From assembly GCF_006345805.1 (NCBI RefSeq), contig NC_043008.1:65286001-65350000 (forward strand): a stretch of DNA of 64,000 bases. Reading direction: 5' to 3'. The DNA is from Octopus sinensis (Eukaryota). A model generated the notes under the pieces. The model was not told the DNA's origin, made no database searches, and worked only from the letters and a program-made list of their open reading frames with translations. A program made the translations under genes and the position numbers. Position 1 is the first letter of the stretch. Each line of letters begins with the position of its first letter. Positions 23,996 through 36,682 of the stretch are shown here, piece by piece.

Positions 23996-24036
23996 TATTC
24001 AACCGGTTTTCGTCATTGTATGACTTGTCAAGAATA
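23996..24036 (-). ncRNA. Minimal type I hammerhead variant (U3-A8, extra A in GAAA), sense to the Penelope ORF
   Basis: Reverse complement TATTC-TTGACAA-GTCA-TACAA-TGAC-GAAAA-CCGGT-T-GAATA. Confidence 0.65.
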
Positions 24037-24671
24037 TTTATGTTTTAAAAAGTTATTTTAAAAATTAGAAAGGGGTAAAAAAGAAAATTGCATTGTTTTT
24101 TGCAAAAGAATGATGATAAAAATGTACAAAAATTAAAAAGTAAGTACTCCGATACATTGTGAGTTCGTTGTGTATCTTGAGTTTTATGATTGTTCACGAA
24201 AAAATTACCTTGAGGTATTAAGATCCAAAGGGATTAAGAGCATGTGTTGTGTGGTTTAATTCAGGATGTTGGCAGGACAGGAAGTAGTAGTAATTGTGGT
24301 TCTTCAGTTCCTGTGTTGTGAGTAAGGGGAGACAACTCTTTTGAGTTCTTCAATAAGGACTGTTGGTAAAACCCAAATTATAAAATTATCTTTTTAGCTT
24401 CATTTGCGTTATCTTTTTTATATAATTGCTTGTTAACTTAACTTTCAGATTTTAATACTTTATTTATATTATTTTCTAATTATATAAACCTGCATAGACA
24501 ATTGCATTTCAAATTGTCATATCATTTATAATAAAAATGATAGTAATAACAATAATAGTAAAAATGATATTTAAAGAATATAAGTTTTAGCTTGAAGTGA
24601 TGAATGCATGGTATCTTTATATATTTGTGTTAGTCCATCCATGAAGCGTGAGGTAGAAAAAGGAAGTTTGA

Positions 24672-25846
24672 TCAACGAGGAGTTTGCATATTAAGTTGTG
24701 TTTGGAATTTTTCAATAAAGAGATTCTCCTTGTTAATTCTCTCCTGTGTGGTGATCCCGTCTTTACATTGGTAGAAGGGGAATATATAGAATTTGGGGTT
24801 TAAGTCTTTAGCACATGAGTCTAAGTGGTCACTCAGTGGAATTTGTCGGTATTCCGGGAGATTTATTTGTTCTTTATGCACCGTTACTCGTTTACGTAAC
24901 GGGAGACTCGTTTGTCCAACATAATTATGTTGGCAACCAGCGCATGTGAGAACGTAGATAAGGTTCTCGGAGGAACAGGAGAAGTTAGTCTTGATTTTAA
25001 ACTTCGTACCTTGTTTGAAGGTAAATTCAGAGCCTTCAAGTAGAAAGGGGCAGGTACCACAGTTTGAGCGTGCACATTTTTTTACTGATGGGGGTGGATG
25101 TGGTGTGTGAAGTTTGGCATTTGTCAAGAGTTTTTTTAAAGATTTGTGTTGCCTTTTACATTTGAGGAATTTGTGTGTATTTATAATGTTTTTCATTTTT
25201 GGGTCTGTTGACAGTAGACTGAGGTTTTGTATGATTGTGGTGTATGCTTCGATATTTTTGGGGTTATGGGTGGAAATATATGGAAGTATTTTGAGGTTGT
25301 GTGTGGTGTTAGGTTGGGTGGTTTTCAGTGTAGTGTTGTCTAGTTCTTTGGCGCGTTTTATTCCATACTCTATAAGGGTGGAGGGATATTGACGTTGTAA
25401 TAGTGTTTTTTTGAGGTCTTGTAGGCGTATTTCTCGTGTTTTTGGATCCGAGACAATGGTGCATACCCTTTTAGCTAAATTGAAAGGGATATTTGTCTTG
25501 GTGTGTTTTGGGTGGCATGAACTAAAGAGGAGGTATTGTTGTGAGTCTGTAGGTTTGTGGTAGATGTCTGTTATGATTTGGTTCTTAGGTGTTTTTTATA
25601 ATTAGGAGATCAAGGAATGGGAGATGATGTTTGCTTAATTCCATAGTGAATTGGATGTTGGGATGTATGTTGTTTAGTATGGTTTTGAATTCCAGGAGTT
25701 TTTCATAAGGTTCTTTCCATATGATGAAACAATCATCTAAATACCTTTTCCAGTTTTCCATTAGGTAGGTGTGGAAAACATGTCCAAATTTCTGGCTTGA
25801 TATTTCATAGAGTGACAGTTCGAAGTAACCCATTATGAGGTTCGCA
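24672..25846 (-). pseudogene. Penelope-like RT C-terminal part + GIY-YIG endonuclease (one frameshift near 25587)
   Basis: ANLIMGYFE, WKRYLDDCFIIW (YxDD), LPFLDL, YHKPT..QYL.F.SCHP, then CGTCP, NLIYVLTC..C..NYVGQT..LRKR..H, KE..FI..F.T.LN. Confidence 0.95.
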
Positions 25847-26155
25847 AACTCAAAAGAGTTGTCTCCCCTTACTCACAACACAGGAACTGAAGAACCACAA
25901 TTACTACTACTTCCTGTCCTGCCAACATCCTGAATTAAACCACACAACACATGCTCTTAATCCCTTTGGATCTTAATACCTCAAGGTAATTTTTTCGTGA
26001 ACAATCATAAAACTCAAGATACACAACGAACTCACAATGTATCGGAGTACTTATTCTTTAATTTTGTACATTTTTATCATCATTCTTTTGCAAAAAACAA
26101 TGCAATTTTCTTTTTTCCCCTTTCTAATTTTTAAAAAAACTTTTTAAAACATAAA

Positions 26156-26196
26156 TATTCTTGACAAGTCATACAATGACGAAAACCGGTTGAATA
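26156..26196 (+). ncRNA. Second copy of the U3-A8 hammerhead variant (in the inverted terminal duplicate)
   Basis: TATTC-TTGACAA-GTCA-TACAA-TGAC-GAAAA-CCGGT-T-GAATA, identical to 23996-24036. Confidence 0.65.
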
Positions 26197-26306
26197 AATA
26201 TATATTAATATTTTATCAATTTCTCATTTATTGAAATTTCTTTCATTTGAGCATTCTGCATAAAAAAAAAAAAAAATTTTCCTTACTATATATATATATA
26301 TATATA

Positions 26307-26520
26307 TAAAACATTATTGGTGAATTGAAGAAATGGAGCTGAACGCAGATTGAACAGAAATCGTTTTATTTCATTCTACACGTGTTCGAAAGGCACAAAT
26401 TACCAAAATCCGATTGATTTTGGTAATTTGTGCCTTTCGAAACACGTGTAGAATGAAATAAAACGATTTCTGTTCAATCTGCGTTCAGCTCCATTTCTTC
26501 AATTCACCAATAATGTTTTA
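26307..26520. repeat. Near-perfect 214-bp palindrome (104/105-bp arms, 5-nt loop CGATT)
   Basis: Arms 26307-26410 and 26416-26520 differ by one indel on manual comparison. Confidence 0.92.
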
Positions 26521-26665
26521 ATTTCAATTATCCGCACCAACGCACGGTTGCAACGCCAGTTGGTTGTACCTCCAACCGTGCTGTTCACTGCTGTGATTTT
26601 TGCTACTAAGGTATCGGTTAAACTTTTGATTAATCTACTACAAGATTATCATCTTTCTATTTCAC

Positions 26666-26736
<71 letters not shown>

Positions 26737-27084
26737 GTATATATATGTATATATGTGTGTATATATATAAAAGAGTGCAGATATTGCACCAAAAGCCAGC
26801 TGGCGAAGAATCCGCCTGGGGTTAAACTAGTAGTAACATTCATTGGCCACTTCGATGTGGCTACACGCTTTACTGTGTAGTGTACGTTACTACTATATCT
26901 CATGAGATTTTGTAACTAGCTATTTTTTCTCGTTCAGCCCCTATCCACACGTACACATACGCTGTCATCTACATACGCACGCGCATCTTCGTGTTGGGAT
27001 CACCACTACTTTATTATCTCCCCTTCAGCCTAGCTCCCCCTTTTGACCACCTATGTCCGGCCATCGCCATTATTGACCGCTAGC

Positions 27085-27242
27085 CACTAAAGCTTTCTTC
27101 TTGTCTCTCTATTTATTTTCTCGTGTTCCTTTCTGTTGAAGAGTGTAGGCTCGAAACGTAAAAGACTTTCTCGCATTCCCGGGCGTTAAACTAATACACC
27201 TGTTTGTTGTTTACACACCTGTCTTCGTTTTGTGTAAATTCT
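27085..27242 (+). mobile_element. Penelope-type terminal repeat fragment with hammerhead-like motif at 27129-27164
   Basis: CTTT-CTGTTGA-A-GAGT-GTAG-GCTC-GAAA-CGT-A-AAAG; homologous to 10695-10830; ends at (TA)n. Confidence 0.7.
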
Positions 27243-27870
27243 ATATATATATATATAAAAGTGTTTTTTATAAGATTAAAGAATATATTCTTAAATATAC
27301 TTAAATATATTCTTTAACCTTATAAAAGAAGTCTTCAGTAGTTTTTTCACTCTCTTCTATTTTTATATATCCAACCACGTGCTTTCACACACCAACTTCC
27401 TCACCTATATATATATATATATACATACATACATACATACATGCATACATACATACATACATACATACATACATACATGCATACATACACATGCACACAT
27501 ACACACATGACGAGTTGTGAAGATAATTCTGCTGCCTATATTCTTCTAACTACCTTTACTCTTTATTCTTTCATTTACTCCTTTATTCTTCTCTTTTATC
27601 CCTTGTAAACTGTAAATTTTATCCCCTGTAAAATATAAATTTTCCCTCTCTAAAATATTCATAATTTGTCTATGTAAGTTATCAGTTTGTCTAACTGAAG
27701 CCTTCAAGGTGATGCACCAGGTGCCACAGTTTAGTGTTCTGTTATAAGTAAAAGATAAAAATATTACATAGCGACACGCTCATATGATATGACTATACAT
27801 ATAGTTAGATATATATGTGTGTATGTATGTACGTATGTTTCTATGTATGTATGTATGTATGTATGTATGT

Positions 27871-27915
<45 letters not shown>

Positions 27916-27927
27916 ATATAAATATAT

Positions 27928-27949
27928 ATTTGTGTTTTCATGTTTGGAT

Positions 27950-27989
<40 letters not shown>

Positions 27990-28170
27990 TATATATATAT
28001 AGTTAATCCAAACCTAAAAACACAAAGAGAAAACACAACAACGCGAGGACGTGGAACAAGTATATTATTATTGGACACTCAGTAAAGAAGGAAAGAAGTA
28101 TGGTTTAACTTTTCGAGCGGAGCTCTTCGTCAGAAACATAAGAAAAGGAATGATCCAGAGAAGGAAGACG
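27928..28170 (-). mobile_element. Penelope-type terminal fragment, end inverted around (TA)n, with hammerhead motif at 28103-28137
   Basis: Reverse complement GTTT-CTGACGA-A-GAGC-TCC-GCTC-GAAA-AGT-T-AAAC; TGTGTTTTCATGTTTGGATTAACTA vs TAGTTAATCCAAACCTAAAAACACA flank a TA run. Confidence 0.68.
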
Positions 28171-28190
28171 GAGGAAAAATATATATATAT

Positions 28191-28251
<61 letters not shown>

Positions 28252-28254
28252 GTG

Positions 28255-28285
<31 letters not shown>

Positions 28286-29998
28286 TGTGTGTGTGTATAC
28301 ACATATAGTTATATTTTTACTTATATAGGCAGCGATGGAAAGCGCTCAGTTAGATAATCCCAGATTTTAGATATATATTATATTTAAAAAGAGAATTCGG
28401 GTAGGTCGAACAATTTACAATAAAGAATAATAATACAACATATACTCGGCCATAAACGGGTGTATGAATATATATATATCGAACGTACATTCTTAACGTA
28501 TACGCGTTGTGTATGTGTGGTCGATAATATTTATTACACTCAATTTTATAACCACTGCTTCTATTTCGTATATAAATATGTGTATGTGTGTTTGTGTGTG
28601 TGTATGATTTATGCATGTAGGAAATATGTATATAGTGATATATATATATATATATATATACACATACAAATATATATATGTATATATGGGTCTATAGACC
28701 GTTATGTCTATTTTATTATATTCTTATTAAACTGCAAAATGTTGTACATCATTCAGCTACTAAACTCGTGTTAATCTTGAAATAAATAATATTTATATCC
28801 GTAATCAAAACGAAAATTAAACGGGTTTAAATTATTAGAAATATTGCGTCAAATAATATATAACTTTCTCCAATATTCATAAGAAACGTATAAGAACATA
28901 TTTATTGGATACCACTTTTATTACGAAATGAAATGTATTTACAACCGTAAATCTGAAGAAATATTGTAATTTAGACTATAACGACGGAAAGTAATGGTTT
29001 ATGGAAATCAAAAGTAATAATTTATTTGACATAAAATTATGAAATATATATGACTCTTAGTTACATATTTTTTTCTTCATCGCTAGTTCCAGTTTCCATG
29101 GCACAATATATTATTTCAACAAATTAGTTTCATTACCTTAACCAAAGAATTTATTATAAGCACAGTGTATATTCTGAACAAAATGTTAATAGGTAAAATG
29201 TTCAGAAGGTAACACTGCTGGATTATTTATATCCTCGAGTATAAGTTACTTCAATACACCTGCTTTGGTACTAGCTCTTGCAAACGGATGAATGAATGGT
29301 CTCGTTTTTTTTTTCTTTTCTCCTTCGTTTGCAAGGTTTAGTGAAAGGCCAAAATATCTCTGAAAGATGTCGTTGAAGTGTTTATGAGATTATCTCTGGC
29401 ATCCAATTTAAACAGGTCTGACGTAAATATCACAGCAGAAATAGAACCCTTAATTCAAAGAGTGTACAATGCATTGATTTAAGTATTCCCCGAAAAACAA
29501 TAAGAAGCTATCAATAAGCGAACTTAACGATAGTATTTGGAATGTTGACGAGTTTACTGCAGACTTCTCTCAGTTTCAAGCAAGCTTGTTCTTGTGTCGC
29601 TCCTCGCATTTTCTTTATTCATTCCGACATTGGTTTAACGAGTGAAATTTTTCCCGCTGAAATTCATACCCACTACATTCCCACTTTTTTTTTGGCGAAT
29701 GAATTTTAATGTTCTGCTCTTGCTATGTTCTTGCAATTGTTCAAATAAATATCTGTCCCCTATTCAAAGTGCTATGATAGCACAACTTTCGAAGGTGTTA
29801 TTATAATTAAATACATAAGTCGGATACGTTTCATTTTTATAACACAAATATAAGGAAGACGTCATGACAGACACATGTCAAACTTCAACATTGTAAAGGA
29901 GCATAACATAATACATACATTCGTCCAATTTCCATATCGTACTCTCTTCCAATTAATACTAATCATTAATTAGAAGAGGTTTATATATATGTTTGTAA

Positions 29999-30211
29999 GG
30001 CGGCGAGCTGGTAGAAACGTTAGCACGCCGGGCGATATTCGTCTGTCGTTACGTTCCGAGTTCAAATTCCGCCGAGGTCGACTTTGCCTTTCATCCTTTC
30101 GGGGTCGATAAATTAAGTACCAGTTACGCTGGGGTCGATGTAGTCGACTTAATCCCTTTGTCTGTCCTTGTTTGTCCCCTCTGTGTTTAGCCCCTTGTGG
30201 GTAGTAAAGAA
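29999..30211 (+). mobile_element. SINE family B (tail B1) with 16-bp TSD
   Basis: TSD ATATATATGTTTGTAA at 29983-29998 and 30212-30227; GGCGGCGAGCTGGTAGAAACG head. Confidence 0.93.
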
Positions 30212-32427
30212 ATATATATGTTTGTAAAATCGTCAGAAAGACTAACAGACAATATTACTTTTGGTATTCCGACAAATTCCTCCCAAATGTCCACTTCATG
30301 TTGCTTAATTCTGCTGTCGAAAAGTGAAATACCCGTCACACTCGACAATGACTTATCCTATATTTCTTGGAAATAGGCTTATGTTGGATATCATTGCTCA
30401 TTCGTTGACGATAAAATGGCATAGAAAATATTTATGCTATTACTTACGTCTCCTTACTTTTTGAGTTCAAATCCTGCCTAGGTAAGGTTCTGCATTTGAG
30501 CGATAGGACAACTGGCAATACTGTAATCCGACTGCATGCTAACAAATTGTAGAACAATCTATAAATGCTAGAAACCCTTATTAATTTCATTTCACTTTAT
30601 AGGTTTTTACCTGCCAGATACTCAGCATCTATAAATAATAGGGCAAAAGCAAAGGAATTCAAATCAATATAACTCTGATATTTCTTTTAAACCCTCGGCA
30701 CAATTAAAGACAGCGTCAGTCTTACCATATAGAATAGAGCAAATACTTCCATCTAGCATCATAGCGTAATATAACTAACTAGTTCTAGTAAATAATCTCA
30801 TCTGGCATAGCTCCGTGTCAACCATGTTTACATTTTTACTTCTAAATTACATTGGTCTCAGAGAAAGTGCTCTAAATCATTTATATAGGATTTTTCATTG
30901 AAGAAATATTTCTATCTTAGCTGCCACAGAATGATCTCCATAATAAGATGATTCCAAGCGAAAATTATTTCGCTAAAACCACAGCTTATGGCATTAATCA
31001 GAGAAAGTGTTTTTACTCAATTCATTTCAGTAAATGTATTTATCGATTGAAGCTGTGTAGAAAATTAGCAGTAATTTAAAAGTTTGTCACTTGGCTGAAT
31101 AATTGCACGCATATCAACAGATATTAAGCCAGTTTGATTTTTCTGTATCTATATGTTTTTTACTCTTTCCTGGGGAATTCATGTAACAATTAAGTGTATA
31201 TATCTATAACATATTCCTATATGCGTTTTCTTTAATTCCAAGTATCTAGCTGAATAATTTTTATTGGAAAAGCAAAGTAAGATATCGACAAGCATAAATG
31301 ATTGAATTATTAACATATGAGTTTCATTACTGGCAACTATCCTGAGGCAGATGCGGTTACTAGTGCTAAATTCTTAACAGATTGTGATGGAAAGGAGAAT
31401 ATGACATATACAGCGTTAAAGAAAAAGAAAACATTGAATAAATATCCTGAAGGAAAATTCCAACCCCTTCCAACTTATAATAACAATAAGAAATATCAGG
31501 AATATTTGCATTCGTTATCTTAAGCAGGCAGAAATGTTTAAGATTATGCAATTAGCATCTAATATGCTACAGGACATATAGTGTTTCTGTATTTCGATTC
31601 ATTAGGGGAGAATAACCTGGTGATAAATCATAAATGGGTACCGAGTTCGAGTTCTTACTTCAGCTGCTAAGATTATAATTACGTATTTTTTTATTGCCTT
31701 ATTTCGTCAAATGGCGAAGTTAGAGGAGCAAGTGCAATGCTGAAGAGGGGTAGACAGTCAGGTGGGTAAATAGATGCATTTATGTATATATATGTATGCA
31801 TACTTCTCTCGTACTTCTCACTGTCTCATATATATAAAGCTATTCTCTCAAATGCAGTTGTTTCCATGCACATAAAATACGTCCGTTTGTATTTCAAGAG
31901 TGAGTTCTTGTATTTGTGTCCTTGTTTGTAGTTGTGTTTTTGTTGGGGAACCCGTACAGAGGAAAGCTTGCTTTAAATAATCTTCAAGTCGGAAATGCAT
32001 GTCACTGTATCCGAAACTATGGGTAGATAATTTTCGGACCCTGCCGCACTAAATGATGGATAACTCTTACAAGAAAGATCTGAGATCAGCCGTTTTCTGA
32101 TTCATTACCGAACTTCCATCATGTATGGAGTATTTGTATGAGCAGAACGGTTTCACTACTATAATCAAATAGTTACATGAATTGTCCAATATTAAAGTTT
32201 GAATACATTGTGTTTCAGTTCCATTTTTGTTTACGTCATGCAGTACTTTACGATTATAGACTATTTCACAGTTTAAAATACAATTGCACACGAGAACTTC
32301 CTTCTTCCAAACACTCCTTTGTTCAAGGTAGGACAAAACGACAACTGCAGTAGACAGTCATCATTCTAGCACATGTAGATAAATGTGTAATTAAGATAGA
32401 CATCTGTAATTAATATTAAACTGAAAG

Positions 32428-32850
32428 AAGGCAGCGAGCAGGCAAAATACTTAGCGGCATTTCGTCTGACTTCAAGTTCTGTGTTCAAATTCCGCCGTCA
32501 CCAACTTTGAATTTCATCCTTTCAAGGTCTGTGAAATAAGTACAAGCCAAACACATGGATGGATGTAATCAAGTAGCTCCCTGCTACAAAACTTTGTGCA
32601 TGGTGCTTATATTAGAAAAGGATATTACACTCAAAGAATGCCGTGAGCTGGCAGGAATCACTAGCAGACCGAGTAAATTGCATAGTGGCATCTCATCCGT
32701 AATTACCTTCTCCTTTCGAATTGCACCGATATCGACTTGGCCTTCTAGCCTTTCATGATCAAGAAATTAAGTAACAGTGGAACATTGGGGTCGATGTATT
32801 CGACATAAACCCTTCCACGAAATTGCTGCCCTTGTGCCAAAATTCGAAAC
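32428..32850 (+). mobile_element. Two decayed tandem SINE family B copies (tail B2)
   Basis: GGCAGCGAGCAGGCA..TTCAAATTCCGCC and GAGCTGGCAGGAATC..GGGGTCGATGTA..CTTGTGCCAAAATT. Confidence 0.6.
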
Positions 32851-33217
32851 CAATATAACTCTGACAGTCAAAATTCACCTATTCACGCATAGTACTCCCC
32901 TCTTATGCACACTTTACTTGATGATTGAGACATTTCTTCAAACATTCGTTTTCTTTTCGAGCAGGTATCATATATAGTTTTGAGTGTTAAAGCTATCTCA
33001 TCTTCATTCTTTGTAGACCGAATGAGAATGAGTGATAAAGAAAAGTTCAAGATAGATTCGTGTCTATAACGTATTCTTCAACACTTTTTCTTATTTCAAC
33101 TTATTTAGATTATGCTATGGTCTTTGACCACCTCCCTCACACTTTACTTCCTCTTTCAGGTCCACCGTTCATCTTTTCCAATCTTTACATTCGATGTATG
33201 TATATATGTATGTGTCT

Positions 33218-33228
33218 ATTTATGTATG

Positions 33229-33260
<32 letters not shown>

Positions 33261-33306
33261 TGTATGTATGTAGGTATGTATGTATGTAAGTATGTATGTA
33301 TATATA

Positions 33307-33372
<66 letters not shown>

Positions 33373-33618
33373 GCATACATACACAAGCACACAGGAATCC
33401 GCACGTATATATGTACGATGGTTACACCCCAGTACTGAGCGGATACTTTATAGATTGACACAGAAAGTATGAAAGAGGATTTCGGTGACATTCGCCTTAA
33501 AAGTGTAAAGGGCCGAGGACGCACGGACACCACATCACAACCTCCACAGAGCAGCACTCCAAGTACACCACCAACCAAACTGCTCACTTACACAACCACA
33601 CACACACACACACACACA

Positions 33619-33649
<31 letters not shown>

Positions 33650-33654
33650 CACAC

Positions 33655-33719
<65 letters not shown>

Positions 33720-33760
33720 TATATGTATATTTAAATTTATATATATATAATATATATATA
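33218..33760 (+). repeat. (GTAT)n/(TA)n/(CA)n compound microsatellites
   Basis: Directly visible. Confidence 0.9.
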
Positions 33761-34577
33761 TATTATATATTATATGCATGTATACGTGTAATATATGTAT
33801 ATATGTATTTGCGTATACACAGGCACAAATGTATATATGCATACACAGACACTTACTTAAATGCACTCACGCACACGTTCATACATCTATCTTTATGTTG
33901 TGTTCCTTAGATTTCCTAGTTCAGCTCATTAAGTAACAGATTTCTGTGCAGTGAAATCGCTTTTATTCTGTAGGCATCAGCAATCATATTATAGCAAACG
34001 TAGGCAAGAGAGGAGAAAGAGGGAGGGAGATGGGGAGAGAGAGAGGAAGAGAGAGAAAGAGAAACAAAGTAAGAGAGGAGGAAAGAGAAACAGAATGAGA
34101 GAGAGAGAGAGAGAGATGGTAAAATAAACAATTGAACAGAAAAGATGAAAGATGAAATTTAAAAAAAAAAACGAAATAAAATAACTCTAAAACAATTGAA
34201 CCAATCAAAATCTGAAATATATAGCAGATAAAAAGGGCCGAAATAAATGAAAAAATTATAAGGTGATCAATCAAATGAACCTGTAGTTAGTAATTTCTTA
34301 ATCTATTTAATTCTACGATTAGTTGACAAAATAGAGAAGCTGGATACAAAAGTATATATTAGAAAAGTTACAACCAATTATCTATTCAATAGAACTGTCT
34401 CTTTTACGTTGATGGTGCAAGTATGAATCTTAAGAGATGTAGTGAAACCCATAATTTGAGAAGCTGAGGAAAAAAGACCACTAAACGTTAGCTTAGTTTA
34501 ATTAATCTTTAATCAATAATCATTATTTGTTCATCCCCGCCTTCCTTTAAGTATTTTCGTTGTGATTTATTTTCACC

Positions 34578-34593
34578 ATTATTATTATTGTTG

Positions 34594-34655
<62 letters not shown>
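34578..34655 (+). repeat. (TAT)n microsatellite
   Basis: Directly visible; source of the poly-Tyr ORF. Confidence 0.95.
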
Positions 34656-34656
<1 letters not shown>

Positions 34657-35303
34657 CTTCTTTGTTGCTGTCTTTATACATTTAGTCGTCACTTTTGTTA
34701 ATGTTAGGATTGCTTCTCCGACTGAAAGTGTTCATGTGGTTATTGTTGTAGTTGTTTTCGTTTCTAATAATCATACACACACACACACACACATATATAT
34801 ATTTATATATATAGAGAGAGAGAGACGCACATTGGATACATATATGTATATACATTTATATATATATATAATATATATATATATATACATACATACTCAC
34901 ACACACACATATATATATATATATGTGTGTGTGTATGTATGTATGTATATGTGTGTGTATTCATGCATATACATATATATATATATATATGCATAAGTAA
35001 AAATACAAGTATGTTCATATTATGTGTGTATATACGCTCATATATTAATCTTATATGTGTATTTTATGTTCTAAAAGTTACAATGGCTTACTGTACTTTT
35101 TGAGAGAAAAGTAAGTTTATTTCCTTTCGTTTTGATTCTTCCGTTTTCCAATTTTTGATTTACGTAGAAAATAATACACGCAGTTCTATTCACATGAGAA
35201 ATACATACATGCTTACTTACACACAAACACAAACACGTGTGTATGTGTGTGTCTGTATTATATATAGGTATATATACATATATATATATATTATATATAT
35301 ATA

Positions 35304-35348
<45 letters not shown>

Positions 35349-36682
35349 GCATCCTCTTATATTATATTTTTTATTTTACGAATTAGAGCCTAGCTGTGTA
35401 TAACGTCAGAAAATAAGTTTCTACTTTCGACCTTTGCACACTAAATATTTTGACATTTCAACAAATTAACTATCCAGTGTCTGTTAAGATATTACATAAC
35501 TGATAGAACGTTTTATACGATATTTCTGTGGTTATTTTCTTGCCTGCGCACCTACTTCGATCTTATAAGTGTTTATTGAATAGTTGTAGAGGAGAAAATG
35601 AAACCTATATAAGTTACTCTTACAACTGTCGTGAAGCTCAGGCAGCTATAGGTACGAACTATTTCTGTAGAGTGAGGCCATTATTTTACTATATGAAAAA
35701 TATCTATTTAAACTATGTGTTACATGCTATTATATATTTACAGCAATACTATTAAGTCTTTCCTATGTTGCTTGTATAATTCATATGAAGCAATAAAATA
35801 ATATATAGTACTGTTAAGGTGATATAATGAATTCAGAGAGACATTTAAAATGTAGCATGCTGAATTGTAGCCTGTACACTTCTAACTTTGTTACAATTTA
35901 TTAAGATTCATGAGTACGCAGTATATAAATATATGTGAGTGTCTATGTGCGTTAGTGTGTGAGTATACATCGGACTGATGGGTATCGAGAGCTCAAATAG
36001 AACCAAAGGAATTTTTGAACAGTCTCCACCACAGGGTATTTTTGAGAAACATACTTTTAAGTCAATTCTCGTACAGTGTAAAACGATGAGCAAAATAAAA
36101 GGCTAGACAGTACATAGAAATAATACATGCTTAACAGAATTTCATTTAATATTTACCATATTTTGCTACACAGTTTTTTCCCCTCTCCTCGGATATTCAT
36201 CAGATGGATTTGTCTGATGTAACAAATCATTGTCACCCATTAAGTGCCGATTGTTGTTTTGATCAGATATTCTTTGAGGTGGGCAGCAAATTTTTAAAAC
36301 CGTATTTTAAAATTAAGAAGAACCTTACCTTTCATAACACAATATTCCCAAAATCTATTATATAAAAGTGATGATTAATAAAACATGATGAAAGGTCATT
36401 TTTGTATATCATATTGTCCCTATTCTTTTTTTTAATCTAAATCCTTTTTGTTTACTTTTTTCAATGAGAATAGCCCCAGCTATATTATGCCTGATTTTCA
36501 GTGCAGATTAGCCCAAATAAATTAAGAATTACTGGTTGGGATTTTCATTACCTAATGTAATTGAATTAAACATGCTCCTCCTGTTTTTTGTACTTTTACA
36601 ATGTGCGAAGATTACGTCGGATCTGATATTCATTATCGTGCACAAACGAACGTTGTTAAATGCATATTTTCATTGATGTTTA

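Larger units (their letters stand above)
23904..26287 (-). mobile_element. Penelope-like retroelement, 5'-truncated, with inverted duplication of its 3' end
   Basis: RT + GIY-YIG ORF on minus strand; 23904-24347 is the reverse complement of 25847-26287. Confidence 0.93.

Noticed and set aside
25114-25392. Plus-strand 92-aa ORF (and 57218-57592 minus ORF)
   Set aside because: Antisense shadows of the Penelope ORF and of the transposase
32067-32336. 89-aa non-repetitive minus-strand ORF as possible host exon
   Set aside because: No recognisable domain and no convincing splice or codon evidence by eye; needs RNA-seq or TBLASTN
34460-34500. CTGAGGA..AAACGTTAGC and CTGAAGAAGGC..GAAAC (37838-37860) motifs
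   Set aside because: Stem II cannot form; may be decayed PLE termini but unsupported
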